Positions 39,642-53,424 of a stretch of 64,000 nt of DNA are shown in pieces; the first letter of the stretch is position 1, and each line of letters starts with the position of its first letter. Below the pieces are notes generated by a model. The model saw only the letters and a program-made list of their open reading frames with translations, did not search any database and was not told the origin of the DNA. The stretch lies in assembly GCA_002633005.1 (NCBI GenBank), contig NMRA01000051.1:685273-749272 (forward strand). The letters run 5' to 3'. The translations under genes were made by a program, and so were the position numbers. The DNA comes from Phoronis australis (Eukaryota; Animalia; Phoronida).

Positions 39642-41930
39642 CAGGGCCGTAGGAAGCGGGACCGGTAGCCGGGGGGACGTGTCCCCCGAAAAATTTGTAG
39701 ACGTCAGGGTTAAACCATGGTAACCGACATAGGCCTGGGGACGGTCGAGAAAAGAAAGACTACGAATACGGATAAGAGAGAAAATTCAAGAGAACATTTG
39801 ACAACTCAGTATCAGTGCATGGTTTACCCTTTGAGGGCCCTGGCCAGGACATTGTTGTTAGTGTCTTCATTTTTGTTGCATACATGTAGGTCGTCTAAAA
39901 GCACTCGAGTGTCCCTCTATACATGTAAATCCAACAGTGCCAAGTCGTCATGAGGGAAAGTTGAGATTCCAAATTCATCAAAAACACGAAACAACCGTGC
40001 ATAGCACAGCAGTATCAAAGCATTCGACCCAAACAACCAAAAAAGTGAAAAATACAATAGGATTGACCACCATCAAAAAGTTGGAATTTTGAAGAACGTG
40101 AAGATCACTATTTGTGAATTTTACAAAAAGGCTACTTCCGAGGCTTAGTTATAAACAATGTTATATTTTTCCAATAATATCACAAGAACAGTATTCCTTT
40201 TGAAGGTCGTTACTAGGAACTGTTTGTAACGAATTCACAAATGTCGAAAAATTGTGACCTATGATTTGTGATGACCGTACAAATGTTGAACAGGAGTACA
40301 CAATATACTCGCAATAAAAAATAAATATTTCAACGTTTTTTTTGGAGTCCAAGTTGCACTCGTGAACCGTTATAGTTACCTAGGAAATGAGCAAAATACA
40401 CCTGAATGCTCCATCTTGCATGTCCTTCGGTTTACCCGTCAAAAATCTGCGATCATGCCTTCGGAAATTGCTTATAACATTCCCTTTTAATGAACAAATT
40501 CGTTGGTTTCATTTTTAGGTGTTTATGTATCTACGAAAACAACAAGTTAATAGATGATTTTTGGCAATTAGAAGCTAATATTTTAATAAATGATAATGTT
40601 TCAATGAATTTAGTTGAAGTCTGAATATGGAAAAAATCTGTACATTGTAATCAGATCCCTAAATAGTAAAGTGCACTAAAATAAATCTCAAAGACATTGA
40701 TGAAATTTGAACAATTGCTAAAAATTTACTCACAATTCAAATGACAATAAATGCATTGCTTTTTAACTTCGGTACACAATTTGTTGTTTAAATTCCCTAA
40801 CAGGGGATAAAAAGGAATTAGGTAAGTCATTAAATCACATTAACCGCATTGCTTATGGATTCGATTGTTGGTTTTTGAATTACATGTTTATGTACCTACG
40901 AAAATAGACTGATTGACAGTTGGTTTCTTTTACAATTAGAAGCTAATCTTGTGAGAAATGACAATGCTTCAACGAACATAGTTGCAGGCAGACATTGGGA
41001 ACATTCGATCTACATGTATCAACAGATCCCCAAATATAAAAGTACACTAAACGATTTGATTTGTCTATTTAAAATAAGTCTAACAGATATTGATGAATGT
41101 CGGACAGCTATACAAAGTGTCCTAAAATTTTCTCACAATTCAAATGACAATAAATTGTTAATTGACTTAGGAAATAGATTAGTGGGTTTAATTTCACAAA
41201 CCGTAGATCGAAAAAGAAGTTTAAACACTTAAATAAATAAAGTTAAACTTATTGCTCATCAACTTGGAAAGGTTCTCTTTGCACTTTGATGTTGTTCTAA
41301 CAGTATTGCACAATGAATTTTCTTCAAAACTGAACCATCTGCTTTCCCTTCTGTACATACATGTACTACACACACGGAGCACGTCATGACTGAAGCACCC
41401 ACGATAAAAATAAGGTGTAACCATGTAGTGGGCCTGATCAGAATATCAGTGATACACGGAAGCTGAATTTGGGACACACTCTGTATCATTTTGCCCAGCC
41501 ACAAGAACCTGGACTTCCGGCTGTTTCATCAGGATTTTGAAACGGCCACAAAGGCTCTCATACCAGGGACCACGGGCCTCACCTTTACAAAAAACTCCTT
41601 CAAAGAATGGCAATGATAAAATGAAGTTTTCCAAAAACTTGATCATAATAAAACGTATCTTGACCTTAGAGTCAGCGCAGAGGAATACATGTATGTTCGA
41701 ACTAAGCTGCCTGTCTCAAGTAAATCATAGCTGAGCTGCCCAGCGACTAGCTCCAGTTCATCGAATCCACTGGTGGATCCCAGCTACCCGTCGATACGCT
41801 GGCCCTAAACCCATTCTTACTCTCCACGAAACAAAGAACGGGGGGGATGGCGATAGGAAGGAGGTAGGTTGGCGAAGTTGAATTAGTTTGTGCCAACCTC
41901 CCCAATAATTTTAGTCTTCCTACGGGCCTG
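39642..41930. mobile_element. DNA transposon relic with 15-bp TIR and 5-bp TSD in paralog B intron 1
   Basis: TIR cagggccgtaggaag / cttcctacgggcctg with TTACA on both flanks. The empty site is visible in the homologous block at ~9630-9650. Confidence 0.75.
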
Positions 41931-42051
41931 TTACAATGCAATTTATAAAGAACATTTTTGGTCGAATTCGTCGTTAAGACAGGTTTAAAGGTGACGAAAG
42001 AAGTTCCAGTTTCCATTACTAATTTAATCGATAACAAAATGTTAAATTTAC

Positions 42052-42167
42052 CAATCCACCGATTGTCCATCTTCGTCAAGACACTGTATGTTGTGGTCTA
42101 AGCCTCGTGTTACTACAATTGAGCTCAAAATTATACAAACTGCCCGTCCAAAACAAAGATGTGTCAT
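42052..42167 (-). CDS. DNASE2: DNase II paralog B, exon 1 (signal peptide)
   Basis: ATG at 42167. Reads MTHLCFGRAVCIILSSIVVTRGLDHNIQCLDEDGQSVD(W). The eight exons sum to 1116 nt (371 aa plus stop) with consistent phases. Confidence 0.88.
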
Positions 42168-42731
42168 CCTCGCCGGGTGCAGATGTCCCTTCTATTCGTC
42201 CAAGAGTAGTTTTACTAATCTAACGCCACGAACATCTTTATGTTTAATATATACTGTACCCTCGTGTCAACAACAGATATGTTCCGTCGAGACCGATATT
42301 ACGTCGTAAGATTAGACGTTTATACAAGATAAAACTTATTCAGTTATACATCAGGGTCCTGGTAGGAATGAAAAATACTAACACAATGGTACGAGAAGAA
42401 TTAATATGTACATTAAAAACTTGTACATTTAAAACTTTAACAATAAATTTGAATAAATTAGAAATATTAAAATTAATAAATATTACCCGGTTACCAGGAC
42501 TCAACAGCTGTTCAGGACCACGGACTTGTTGTGTAATGTTTTACGTAACACGTTACTTCAGTTGACAACAGTTTTCCAGGCGTGTCTTTCTTTGCCCAAA
42601 ACATGGATGACAATTAGCATAATTCAATTTGTTTTAATACTCCAGATTCACTAAACGGACTTACTGGACTAAATTTACAGTTTCCAAATGACCTGCTCTA
42701 ATAAGCCATCAGGGAGAACACTTCAGGCTTG

Positions 42732-44308
42732 CAGCCGATTTCATAAAGGTGGTTTAACAAAACCAGGTTTAAGACTTAAATTAGGTCTTCCTAAACCTGA
42801 TCTAATTTTAGACCTGGCTTGCATTTCACCAACATGGTTTAAGAGTCTGAAAGCCTGGTTTTGCTAGACCAAGGAGCTGGTTCAGTAAAACCTGGGCCCG
42901 GTCTCAAATCTTTTTACTCGAAATGGAACTCCAAATTAGGTTTGGCATTTTCTACTGTACTTTTGGGCGAACTCAAGATAAGTGTCTATTATTCTATGCT
43001 CGAGTACACAATAACTTAGGTATATGATTTCTTGCTCTTAGTTCACAGTTTGTAAACCCAATATTAAAGCAATAAGTTCGAGTTTGAACTCAAAATTTCG
43101 AGTTTTTACTCGAGTTTGTAGAGCGAATATAAGGGTCTTCAAGGGCAAACTTGAACTAGAAACTCCTATGCATAAACTATAATGTATTCGAGCACAATCT
43201 GATAACCAATTATCTTAAGTTCGCACAAAAGGAGCAGAGAAATTGCCAAAAATAGTTTCGAGTTCGTTTTGAGTACAAAGATTAGAGACCGGAGCCAGGT
43301 TTAAAGTATCAAAGGCACCCCACTGTGTCGAGCTCGGTAAACCCACAAAGAAACTATTGAAGTGCTTCAATGAAACCTTGATCACGTGGGTATACAATGG
43401 CATACACTAGTAGAATCAGTGCAGACATTTACGAAAAAGATCTAAAAGCTTCTCTAATGAAGAAAACTGTAATTTCTGTGCCCAACACACACACACACAT
43501 TAAAGAACATGCTCCCGATTAGATGTAACATGATAAATGCCCAAATTTATTTCCTTGTCATTTTAGTGTTTATTTTCCGCGGCCAAAGGGGGGGCAAGAA
43601 CCCTTCCTGGCAACATTATATCGTAGAACAGTGGAGGTGGAACTCAGCCAGAAGAATCAGAAGATGCTGTTTTTAGTCAAATCCGTAGTGCTTACGACGA
43701 TGACGCCCTGCTCGACCAGTCGTATTCTGAGAAATCCGCAGGGCACACTCCAGCAAGTAGTGATCTATACATAGGTGGATTCACGGTGGTCATGGGGTCC
43801 GGAGTCCCCTTTTTCCCTTGATTTTAGTGATATCAAATCTATAATTTTCAAATTGTTGACTTGGCCCCTCCTTTCAAAAAGTCTTTGACCGTCCCCCCCC
43901 TTTAAAAATTATGGATCCGCCCCTGCTACGTTTGATCTTGTGTCATAGTAAAGCTGAATATTGAAAATAGTCCATTTTCGCTCTAAAACTGCGTCGCAAA
44001 TGCACTCCGCGGCATCATTCACTTGTACCTATACCATGCAAGTCTGACATATTTAACAGTTAAACCTGGGTCCGACCAAGTCTAAAATTAAACATGCTTT
44101 AAGATCTTAATACAGGTCTAAAGAATATAGACCTCGTTGGTGAAATGAAAACTGACTTAGACCAGGTCTAAAATGGAGTTAAACCAGGTTTACTAAACCA
44201 CCGGTCTAAAAGTTAAACCACCTTTATGAAATGCAGATTATCTTTAAACCTGGTCTAAGTCCAGTTTAAACCAGATTTAACTTTAAACCACCTTTATGAA
44301 ATCGACTG
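42732..44308. mobile_element. Harbinger-like non-autonomous element containing a nested 400-bp MITE (42895-43295)
   Basis: TIR cagccgatttcataaaggtggtttaa / ttaaaccacctttatgaaatcgactg. Many accWggt subterminal motifs. RKRSKSFSNEE relic resembles a Myb/SANT-like ORF start. Absent from the homologous block near 22290. Confidence 0.6.
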
Positions 44309-46136
44309 CTGAAGTCTTGAGAATTGCATTATTTTAATGTCCTTCAGAATTCTTATTTTCCCACATCTTTGAAAATTTTCTGGAAGGTCCAAATGCATCC
44401 AATAAGACTTTGAACTAATTACTTCGCATTTGTCTTTAAACTGGAGTAAAATTCATCTCATGGAACCCCCTTCAAAGTTGGATTCTGAATATGGTTACTT
44501 CTTAAAACATTCGTAAATTCCAACGCGGATCTTCCAAAAGCAATGCTGTTATGGTGATTTCTTATCATAAAAAGTAAGTCCAAGTTGGCATTTTATTGAA
44601 AAATGTTTTAGTCAAAACGGCTGTAATTTAACAGTTTGGACTTGGAGGGGGTAACTGTTCCACATGCTGGCTTACAATTTTGCAATTTTTTGTAAATCAC
44701 GAGTGTCATCCACACACAGTAGGCCTTTTGAAATTGATATGCACGGTCAATGAAAGAAGTTCTTTGTGAACCCTACTCTCAGTGTACAATTGTTCCAGGT
44801 TTCGTGTGTAAGCAAACAAAGCTTAAAAAGGGTTTATGGTCCTGGCTGAGAAGGTAACTACTTTATTACCCCATATGGATACTCAGTAGCCGAGCCCAGA
44901 ATGATAAACAACATGTATTTACGTAATATCAACAATAAAAATATTGTGGATATTTCTGTTATTTTTGTTATTGAGATAGCATATTAGTCTTAATACAAAT
45001 AAATTTGTAAGCTTACAGAAAAATATTCAATATATGACTAAATTCCATTAAATATGATGAATTAAGAGTTAACGTGACCCCAGTTTTCCCTCGCGGTATG
45101 AAAGTCAGTGAGCACATACAGCTGTTTCAACTGTATTTACAAATACTATTTATGCAGTTTGAATCTAAAATGTGGGTTTGAATGTCTGGAGCAATTTCTG
45201 TGAAATACCGCTTCATAGTGGAGAAGGGTTGGTCTTTTTGTTTTTCAGACTTAAAATGTGCCCGAACGCGAATTAAAATGCTATAAATAGCCCCTGCTCT
45301 CTTCTCAGCGTGATATCCCATTCCAAACCTCCATAGCTTTAGCCATGCCCCTCCATTGAACGTTGTTTTAAAGATACGTGTACTCCTTCTTTTGTAGTCA
45401 GCCTTATTCAACAAGGTAGAACACAGTAGAACGATACCCCTAAATTCAGTTTAACTTTTTGTCACTCAATAACTTCAAGAAGGTGCACTAAGACGGGTGT
45501 ATAAATTATAAACAACACGTCATCAAGCCGCACCCGCCGAGTTGAAAACGCTAAAAGTATATAAACCATTCAAGCATACTCTCTGTGAGTCGATTTGAGG
45601 TTTTCGAAAGAATGAAAATGATAACTCATTTTTACATATATTTCGTTTATTTTATTGTTTTGTTCACTTTAATAACCCGATCAAAACACACGGTTCATTA
45701 CCATGAAGCTTCACGGCTGGCCTTAGAGAAATATGGAGTTCGAGGCTGAGAACAGCTATTTCAATTCCGCATAGGGAAGTGTTAAGGAAATGCCTTCTTG
45801 GAATGTTCAGATACAAGGTATTAATTTGAATTTTCATTTGTTTAATTACTTCTAAAAACTGCAAAAACGTGTGGCGATCCTATTGCATATTCGGTATGTT
45901 TCGTTAAAAGCCTATTGTTCCGTCTTGCCTTGGTGAACCTAGGAATTTCCTTGGGAGGAAGTTACTACGAGCCGAATCTAGAAACAGGCAACAACCTTGC
46001 AAATAAAGTACAGATAAAACTGAAAATGTGTGGGACAGTTGCACTGCCTAATTCCCAAATTTTATACATTTATTTATACTTCGTAGTGTCTACACAAGTC
46101 AAGCCTGGCGAGATTCTTGGCTCAAAACAACAGAAA

Positions 46137-46144
46137 CTCTCTCT

Positions 46145-46183
<39 letters not shown>

Positions 46184-46204
46184 TCCCTCTCCCTCTCCCT
46201 CTCT
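46137..46204. repeat. (CT)n microsatellite abutting the gap
   Basis: Direct reading. Confidence 0.9.
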
Positions 46205-46910
46205 NNNNNNNNNNNNNNNNNNNNNNNNNNNNNNNNNNNNNNNNNNNNNNNNNNNNNNNNNNNNNNNNNNNNNNNNNNNNNNNNNNNNNNNNNNNNNNNN
46301 NNNNNNNNNNNNNNNNNNNNNNNNNNNNNNNNNNNNNNNNNNNNNNNNNNNNNNNNNNNNNNNNNNNNNNNNNNNNNNNNNNNNNNNNNNNNNNNNNNNN
46401 NNNNNNNNNNNNNNNNNNNNNNNNNNNNNNNNNNNNNNNNNNNNNNNNNNNNNNNNNNNNNNNNNNNNNNNNNNNNNNNNNNNNNNNNNNNNNNNNNNNN
46501 NNNNNNNNNNNNNNNNNNNNNNNNNNNNNNNNNNNNNNNNNNNNNNNNNNNNNNNNNNNNNNNNNNNNNNNNNNNNNNNNNNNNNNNNNNNNNNNNNNNN
46601 NNNNNNNNNNNNNNNNNNNNNNNNNNNNNNNNNNNNNNNNNNNNNNNNNNNNNNNNNNNNNNNNNNNNNNNNNNNNNNNNNNNNNNNNNNNNNNNNNNNN
46701 NNNNNNNNNNNNNNNNNNNNNNNNNNNNNNNNNNNNNNNNNNNNNNNNNNNNNNNNNNNNNNNNNNNNNNNNNNNNNNNNNNNNNNNNNNNNNNNNNNNN
46801 NNNNNNNNNNNNNNNNNNNNNNNNNNNNNNNNNNNNNNNNNNNNNNNNNNNNNNNNNNNNNNNNNNNNNNNNNNNNNNNNNNNNNNNNNNNNNNNNNNNN
46901 NNNNNNNNNN
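46205..46910. other. Assembly gap
   Basis: Run of N. Confidence 1.
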
Positions 46911-49900
46911 GTCTGCTCCACTGTGCAATGAAGAAAATTTACTTCATTTTTTAAAGAAAATGGAACCTGAGTGACGATGAAAAAACAGAAGCTGCTGGTA
47001 AGATGTGAATTTTAATCGAAGCCTTAGTGAATCACTCAGAAACTCGCAATACTCTCTTTGCCAAACCTTATATTAAGACGATTTCCAAAGCAATGCCGTC
47101 ATTACTGCCAACACGAAAAATGGATTTGGTCTTTTTGGCATTTGAAGACTATTTTAAATACGACAAATTTGTTAAGAATCGATGGCACAAAATATAAAAG
47201 TGTAATAAGCATTACAAAAAGAAGTAGGTTTCGCGCGCAAACGCTGTGGACCATAAACAAGTAGGTCTCTTAGTATGAGATTAGTAGTAGTAGTGGTGGT
47301 GTAGTGGCAACGCACGCGCGCACTAATCGCCAGGTCGTGAGTTCGAGTCTTTGCTTCTTGCAGTTTTTCCTGTTTGACACGTTCTCCGTTTTTTTGCCTT
47401 TTTTCGTGTATAATACTTCAGGAATCAAGGAAAATGCTTGATTTTTAGAGGTAAAACAGAAAAATTTCCCGGGCGGGAGGGGGGTTTGCCCCCCTCCCGG
47501 GGCAAACCCCCCTCCCGACCTCCCCCATTCGGTGCTATGCGCATCTACAATCGTGGTTCAGTTTACACAAATTCTTACAGCCGGACAAAATGTTGGGCCC
47601 CCCCTTGTGATATCCTAGATCCGCTACTGCCTTACGGGACTTCTCAGAACGAGCCCCCCATTTGACCAAGTGGGCAAAAAGGTCAGCCTTAGAGAAACAA
47701 AAAGTCCAAGAAAACGAGACAAAAGTCCACCGGAATTCGGCGCGAGTGCACAATTCATAGGTCTGAACCTACTACCCCGTTTTCTTTTTCTTTTTTTAGT
47801 CCTCGATTTATTTTTCAGGAGAAGGTCCACAAACCGCAAAATTCGAGCCCCCATATATTTTAGGCTGGGTGCGCGCATGAACTTTATCTAGAAGGCCGTT
47901 ACGTAATCCTGTGGGAGCTACTGCCTGCAAACCCCTCCAAATTATTTCCATCACAAACAGACAGCTTATCTCTAAAACTCGAAACAGCACTGGCAAAAGC
48001 TTTTAATTAGGCGGCCAAAACCCATGATTCTGAAGTAAATCAACAATCGCTGTACATCGGGATCTATAGCCTAGTAGCAGCCTTCAAACTAGCAGAAATC
48101 TAGGGATTCAACCTAACATTGGGCAAGTTGGGCTGTCATCACATGTAGCCTAAATATATGTACCACGAACTGGGTTGACAAGCTGGAACAAATATTCCGA
48201 CACAGTTGGTCTCGAAATCTTGGATCTATCAACTCCAAAGATTTTCCCTGATTGAAGTTAAAGCTCTAATATGGTGTCAAAATGACTATTTTTATATCCA
48301 AATACGTGTATTGATGAAAAACATCAACATACGGTGTCATAGCATACCCCAGTCATTAATTAAGCAGGCCTTTTACAAAACAGGAGCCCCATCACGAACC
48401 CCTTTTAGCGCCAAAAATGACTTGAGATGGCGCTTCCACCAATCGAAGTCTATGACCTCATCGTGGCTTTCACCGCGTCTCCATCGTATTGGAATCAGCG
48501 ATGGCTGGCCGTTTAATTTAGGAAGCACATTAATTGTTCATTTCATGTCAATTAATATTAAAATTGATCATGATTATTACCTCTAGATTTTTTTATTCAA
48601 TTATTTAGTACACATTCTAGTACGGGCCCGTATGGGAATCTCCGGAGGGTGACTGGCGTCGCCGGCCTAAACAGCCAGAAAAACAAAACGCTTCGTCCGA
48701 ATTGTTATCAGGCAATTTCACATTGTTTATTATAAAGAGCAGTTTGCATGATACAAAAATTTGATGTTAGGAAATTTGCATTCACGTCTTCTTGAAGCCT
48801 AAGGTGTGAACGGGGCGCGATTTCCTAAGGGCCGCTGTCGAGTTTGTGTCAATAGGCCGTTTTAATTTGGTGCAAAATACGCGGAAACGTTACATTAGCT
48901 TGATCTTTTCGTACAAATTCATTGAAACTTTAAAATTAAAAATTTAATTTTCAAAATAACTCGCCTTGAAATCCTGCAACCCGTAGTCGCCGACATCTTG
49001 ACTCGCTCAACCTCAAAAGATTGAAAATTTAATAGCAACACAACGTTGTGAGTATCTGTAATAAATTAAAACTATGAAATAAAGTCTGGATTGTATGAAA
49101 ACATAGTATCCCCAAATATAAGGATTTGGAATCAATTGAACGTTTTCAATTCAATTAAAAAATTTATTCCGACATGGGCCCCCAGTTACAATGTAGGCCT
49201 ATGGGAACGACCCAAATCAGAATATTCCGATTTGGACCGGATTCCCTTTTCGCTGGGCCGGAACAGTAACACAAAACGTCGAAGTGCGCACTGCAGATCT
49301 TAATTGTAGCCAGACAGCTAGTGTTTGAAGACTATCGCCAAAATGCAACCAGGTAACACCGTGAATTGAGCTCCGTTAGACCACAAAATTTCCGGTATAC
49401 AGGTCAGGTATGAGATCTGTTAGTCACATCGTCGTGAAACTTGTATATCGCAGAGAGGGTGCATCCAAAATCCGGGAGACAATTCCGACACTCACCTTGC
49501 CCGTTGCCAGTCGTTTAAGTGAAAACAATCTAATAAACGTCATTTTCCAGCATAAGTCTCCGCCTTTTGAGTTTTGTAACAAAGAAAGTCTGTCGTTTGA
49601 AAACATTGCGCTCGTGACACGCGCATGCCCCGTCCTAAAATTTTGCGATATGATCTCTTGGGACATGATGGCAGCTTCGCAACAGCAAAGTTTGCTCTAA
49701 ACTTCGGTTTGCTGGTACTAAAATACTAAAAACTTGTAAGGAAATGAAACCAGTTCCGATAATTTGTTGCCAGTGACATGTACGCAACCTCGTGGCAGCG
49801 AAGAACAGTTGATAGAAGAATAAACGGGGGATAAAGAAACTGTTCAGTCAGGTGACGTAATTGCCGAAAACCGTCTCACAAGACAGCACTGCAATTTAGC

Positions 49901-50099
49901 AGTACTGGGATGAGCGGTAGAACTCCAATGAAATAATAACATCGGTAAATAATTAGGTACACTTAAAGAAGAGCGGTGTAGCTTTTAATGACACTACCTT
50001 TGTATTTAGTCATTTTTACCCACATCGGCGCGCGCGCAAAGCTGTAGATTTTGTATACAGCTTTGCACCAAGTCTAGAACAGGTCTTTCCTCATCGGGC

Positions 50100-50231
50100 C
50101 TTTTTGTCGCCAGTCCTTATGTGAACAAATCTATTCCACGCATGCACCACAACGGGATCGGTAGACAAGTTGTGCAAATGTATACCATTGCCGCTGACAT
50201 TGCTACACACGTACACCACGCAACGTGGCAT
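50100..50231 (-). pseudogene. THAP zinc-finger N-terminal relic, probably transposon-derived
   Basis: MPRCVVYVCSN...IHLHNLSTD....AWNRFV matches the start of a THAP domain (C-x4-C...W). Truncated by a stop. Confidence 0.55.
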
Positions 50232-50802
50232 TTTAGCACAGAGATCGACAAGTACAGAACATCCAAAAATGGCACTCAACTGTTATCGGCGCAGTGTGGC
50301 TCCCGAGTTTCGTGGCCAGGATGATGTCATATTAACCACTTTACACTCATTTTGGTTGGGAATATTTCTAAAGGAGCTACGAATTATGAGTGGTTTTATT
50401 ATGTTCCAATTAATTACTAGCTGTGGTATGTAAGAAGAAAAAACAATATTTTTATGAACCATTGCGGCGTTTTCCCGTTGCTCCCAACTTATTCGATTCT
50501 ACAGCGCAACAACAAGTTGGGAAGATGACCCCGGTAGCCAATATGTTACACGACTGATTAACTCCATTCTAGCAATAATACTTGCATTTCCGGTGTCAAA
50601 AAGGTGTTTTAGTCGCTGGAGGCTGTCTTTAAAGAGTAGATTTCAATAACTGTCCCTTGGCCAAAAAATATCAAGTAACCAAAAATACGTGCTCGCCTTC
50701 AGAATACACGGCGATATCCTCTGGATATTGCTTTCCCAGCAACACACCAGCGTAGCCGGCCGAACTCGACGCAGATGTTTTGTATTTGTGCTGGCGACGC
50801 AT

Positions 50803-50831
50803 CACACACACACGTACAGACACAGACAAAC

Positions 50832-50887
<56 letters not shown>
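50803..50887. repeat. (CA)n microsatellite
   Basis: Direct reading. Confidence 0.95.
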
Positions 50888-52127
50888 NCAGATGGAGAAA
50901 CACTTGGCAAAATTACATGAAAAGACGAAAATGGGGATGACAATGATGGTGACAATTCTGTCTCACGGTCGTCGCTGACTTTTGTCTCCTTTACTCGGAC
51001 TTTTCGTTTCGCTGAGGCGGACCTTTTGCCCAATTCGCCAAATTGCCCCCCCTCTGGGTGCGCCCATGCCACTGTAACCATTCACCACTAACTTCACTGC
51101 GTGCTGTATTCAAACAACCAATCGGCGAATTTTAAAGTTTTTTAGACATACTTTTAAGTTTCTTGCCATTTTTAAGCTTGGAGGAAACACCTTTCTACTA
51201 AGCAACTTCGTATCAATCTTACCTTGAAAGCTTGAACAATTGAACATTTTTCACGGCATCCTGATTTCACTGCACTAAAAGTGAAGTTTGGCCTTGCCAC
51301 CAAATCGAAAATCTGCACGTTATTGTCAAACGCACGCGCTTCGATACTTTTGTGATATGTAAGCCCCGAGGTTCAAATTTTCGGGCTGGTTAGCTTTGTT
51401 AGAAGGTGCGGGAGTCTGTTTTCGACTCCGGGGTATCTGTTATACACCGGGGTTCCAATTTCGTTGGAACACCCTGAATATAGATCATGTACCGCGTCAT
51501 TGTAGGGGCAGAGAACTAGTTCTTAGTTCGAAGTATGCAAACTCAACGATTTAAGACATAGTTTGAATACGCTGAACGGAAGCTGCGATGAAGACGATTT
51601 TACATGATATCAGTGCCAATCCACATAACCTAGGAATAGCCCAAGTATGTCAATGTATTCAAAAATATCAAAACCCGCCAAATAGGTTGCGAAAACTGAT
51701 GTTACTATATGTGGTAAGGTAAGTGACGACGTCACACGGAAGTAGACGAACTTTGTATCGAATGAGCATGTCAGCGTGTGTTTCTTCGGATTCAAACCAC
51801 TTGAATTTGTGTGTGTTGTTAAATCGATCGTTTTTTTTCAATTTCATCCCCAGAAAATCGACGTGGGCGTTGCTTTTTAAGTGGTTAATTTAATCCTAAA
51901 CATCTTCCTAAGTATAATGCAATATAGGGTGTAGATCGAAACCAACCTTTACGGATAACGGTCCGAAAGAAACATACACTGCAATTATCTAAACGTCAGG
52001 TTGCTTATTTATTGTGGCTCAGATACACAGCCCATCTCTTATCACGATATCTCCATAACAAAAAGGAACTTTGACCGATTACCAAAACTCAAGGCGATAA
52101 ATTAACCTCTAGTTACAAGCATTCAAG

Positions 52128-53154
52128 ATGACACTCCATGCATCAGCGCTATCGATGTTAGTGCTTTGGGGGTCCTTTTTAAGCAACGGCAATGGACAAC
52201 TGACTCCTTCCACAGGCTGCCGATTTAACGATGGTAAATGTATGTACGACATCAATCTGAGAGACTGCGCACACATGCCATCCAGTGCTATACAGTTTTC
52301 GAAGAAAGATGTTCAGACCAATCGCGACAATATTGCACAGTTGAAATTGAAATGGGTCGATCTAAAGTCTGACTTGACGAAATCAGCAGCTGCTGTCCAG
52401 AGGCTGCAGATTGTCAGCGCAGTGAAAGAACAAGAACTGAGGAGTCAAAATGCAAAAATCACGGATCTACAGAAAGAACTCATTCAACTGCAGCTGGAGC
52501 TTGACTATGTGCGACGAGACTCGCCTTACGTCCAAGAGAATATAGACCTTAAAAGAGAGAATGAAAGGTTGAAAAACGAAATTGGTCGCCTACATAGCGA
52601 ACGAGGTGTCATTGAAGATAAATACAACAAGTCAAAATCAAGAATTCAAGAGATGTCACTTAAGAACAGAAATCTGGAAATGCTACTGGCAGGAAACCAC
52701 ACGGAGTTGAATTCCACGGCTGGAGAGATCTGTTTGAGAGTTGCTTGCAATGATACAGATTACAGAGCGAAAAGCTTGCAATCACACCTCTCAAGCTGCG
52801 TCAGTGAATCAAGAGAGCATCAGCGCACGGCGTTGGCAAAGACAGTTCAAGTGCATGCACTGGAACGTCAACTTTTGACAAGTGAACGAAACAACGATCT
52901 TTGCCAAGGTAGCCTTAATTCGACCACAACTGACATGCTCAAATCTCAGCAACAACTTCGAATCACGTCAGCTTCTTTACAGCATATCACAAGGGAAAAG
53001 ACGACTACCGATATAAAACTGAACATGTGCGAAGAATCTGTTGGCAAGTTGGCCAAGGAACTTTCCACCCAAGAAGCATTAAAGCGGAAACTGATGACCA
53101 ACAATGAAGAGTTAAAGAAACAGCTGGGCATCTGTATAAGTTCTCCACCTAAAG
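52128..53154 (+). CDS. Secreted coiled-coil / Caspr-type fibrinogen-like protein, exon 1 (signal peptide and coiled coil)
   Basis: Long ORF with hydrophobic N-terminus (MTLHASALSMLVLWGSFLSNGNG), a C-x5-C-x-Y-x-I-x-L-x2-C motif and a heptad-rich L/E/Q/K region. Donor AAAG|gtaac at 53154, phase 1. Confidence 0.82.
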
Positions 53155-53424
53155 GTAACATTGGGTACACCTGGTTGACTTTGCCGCCTAATCCTATTTG
53201 CACTTATTGGTACCAACAGTAAGACTAAAATTTCGAGTCTGAACTCGAACGTTTGAGATTTTACTTGAAAGCTCTAGCTTTTACTCGAGTTTGAAATATA
53301 GAGGTCAGCAAGTGCGACCTTGGACTCTCATATGCATAAAGCATTGTGTAAGCATAACGAAGCACAGATCAATACACACGTATCTCTAGTTCAAATAAAA
53401 GTGGAACGGAAAATGTTAAACATA

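Noticed and set aside
45915-46974. Long ORFs of 268-338 aa in the ORF track
   Set aside because: Artefacts of the N gap and the CT microsatellite.
47293-47350. Functional tRNA gene (also 15792-15860)
   Set aside because: A and B boxes are present but acceptor and anticodon stems do not pair convincingly. More likely SINE-derived.
50671-51081. ORFs with CVCVCV / HTHTHT runs
   Set aside because: Translations of a (CA)n microsatellite.
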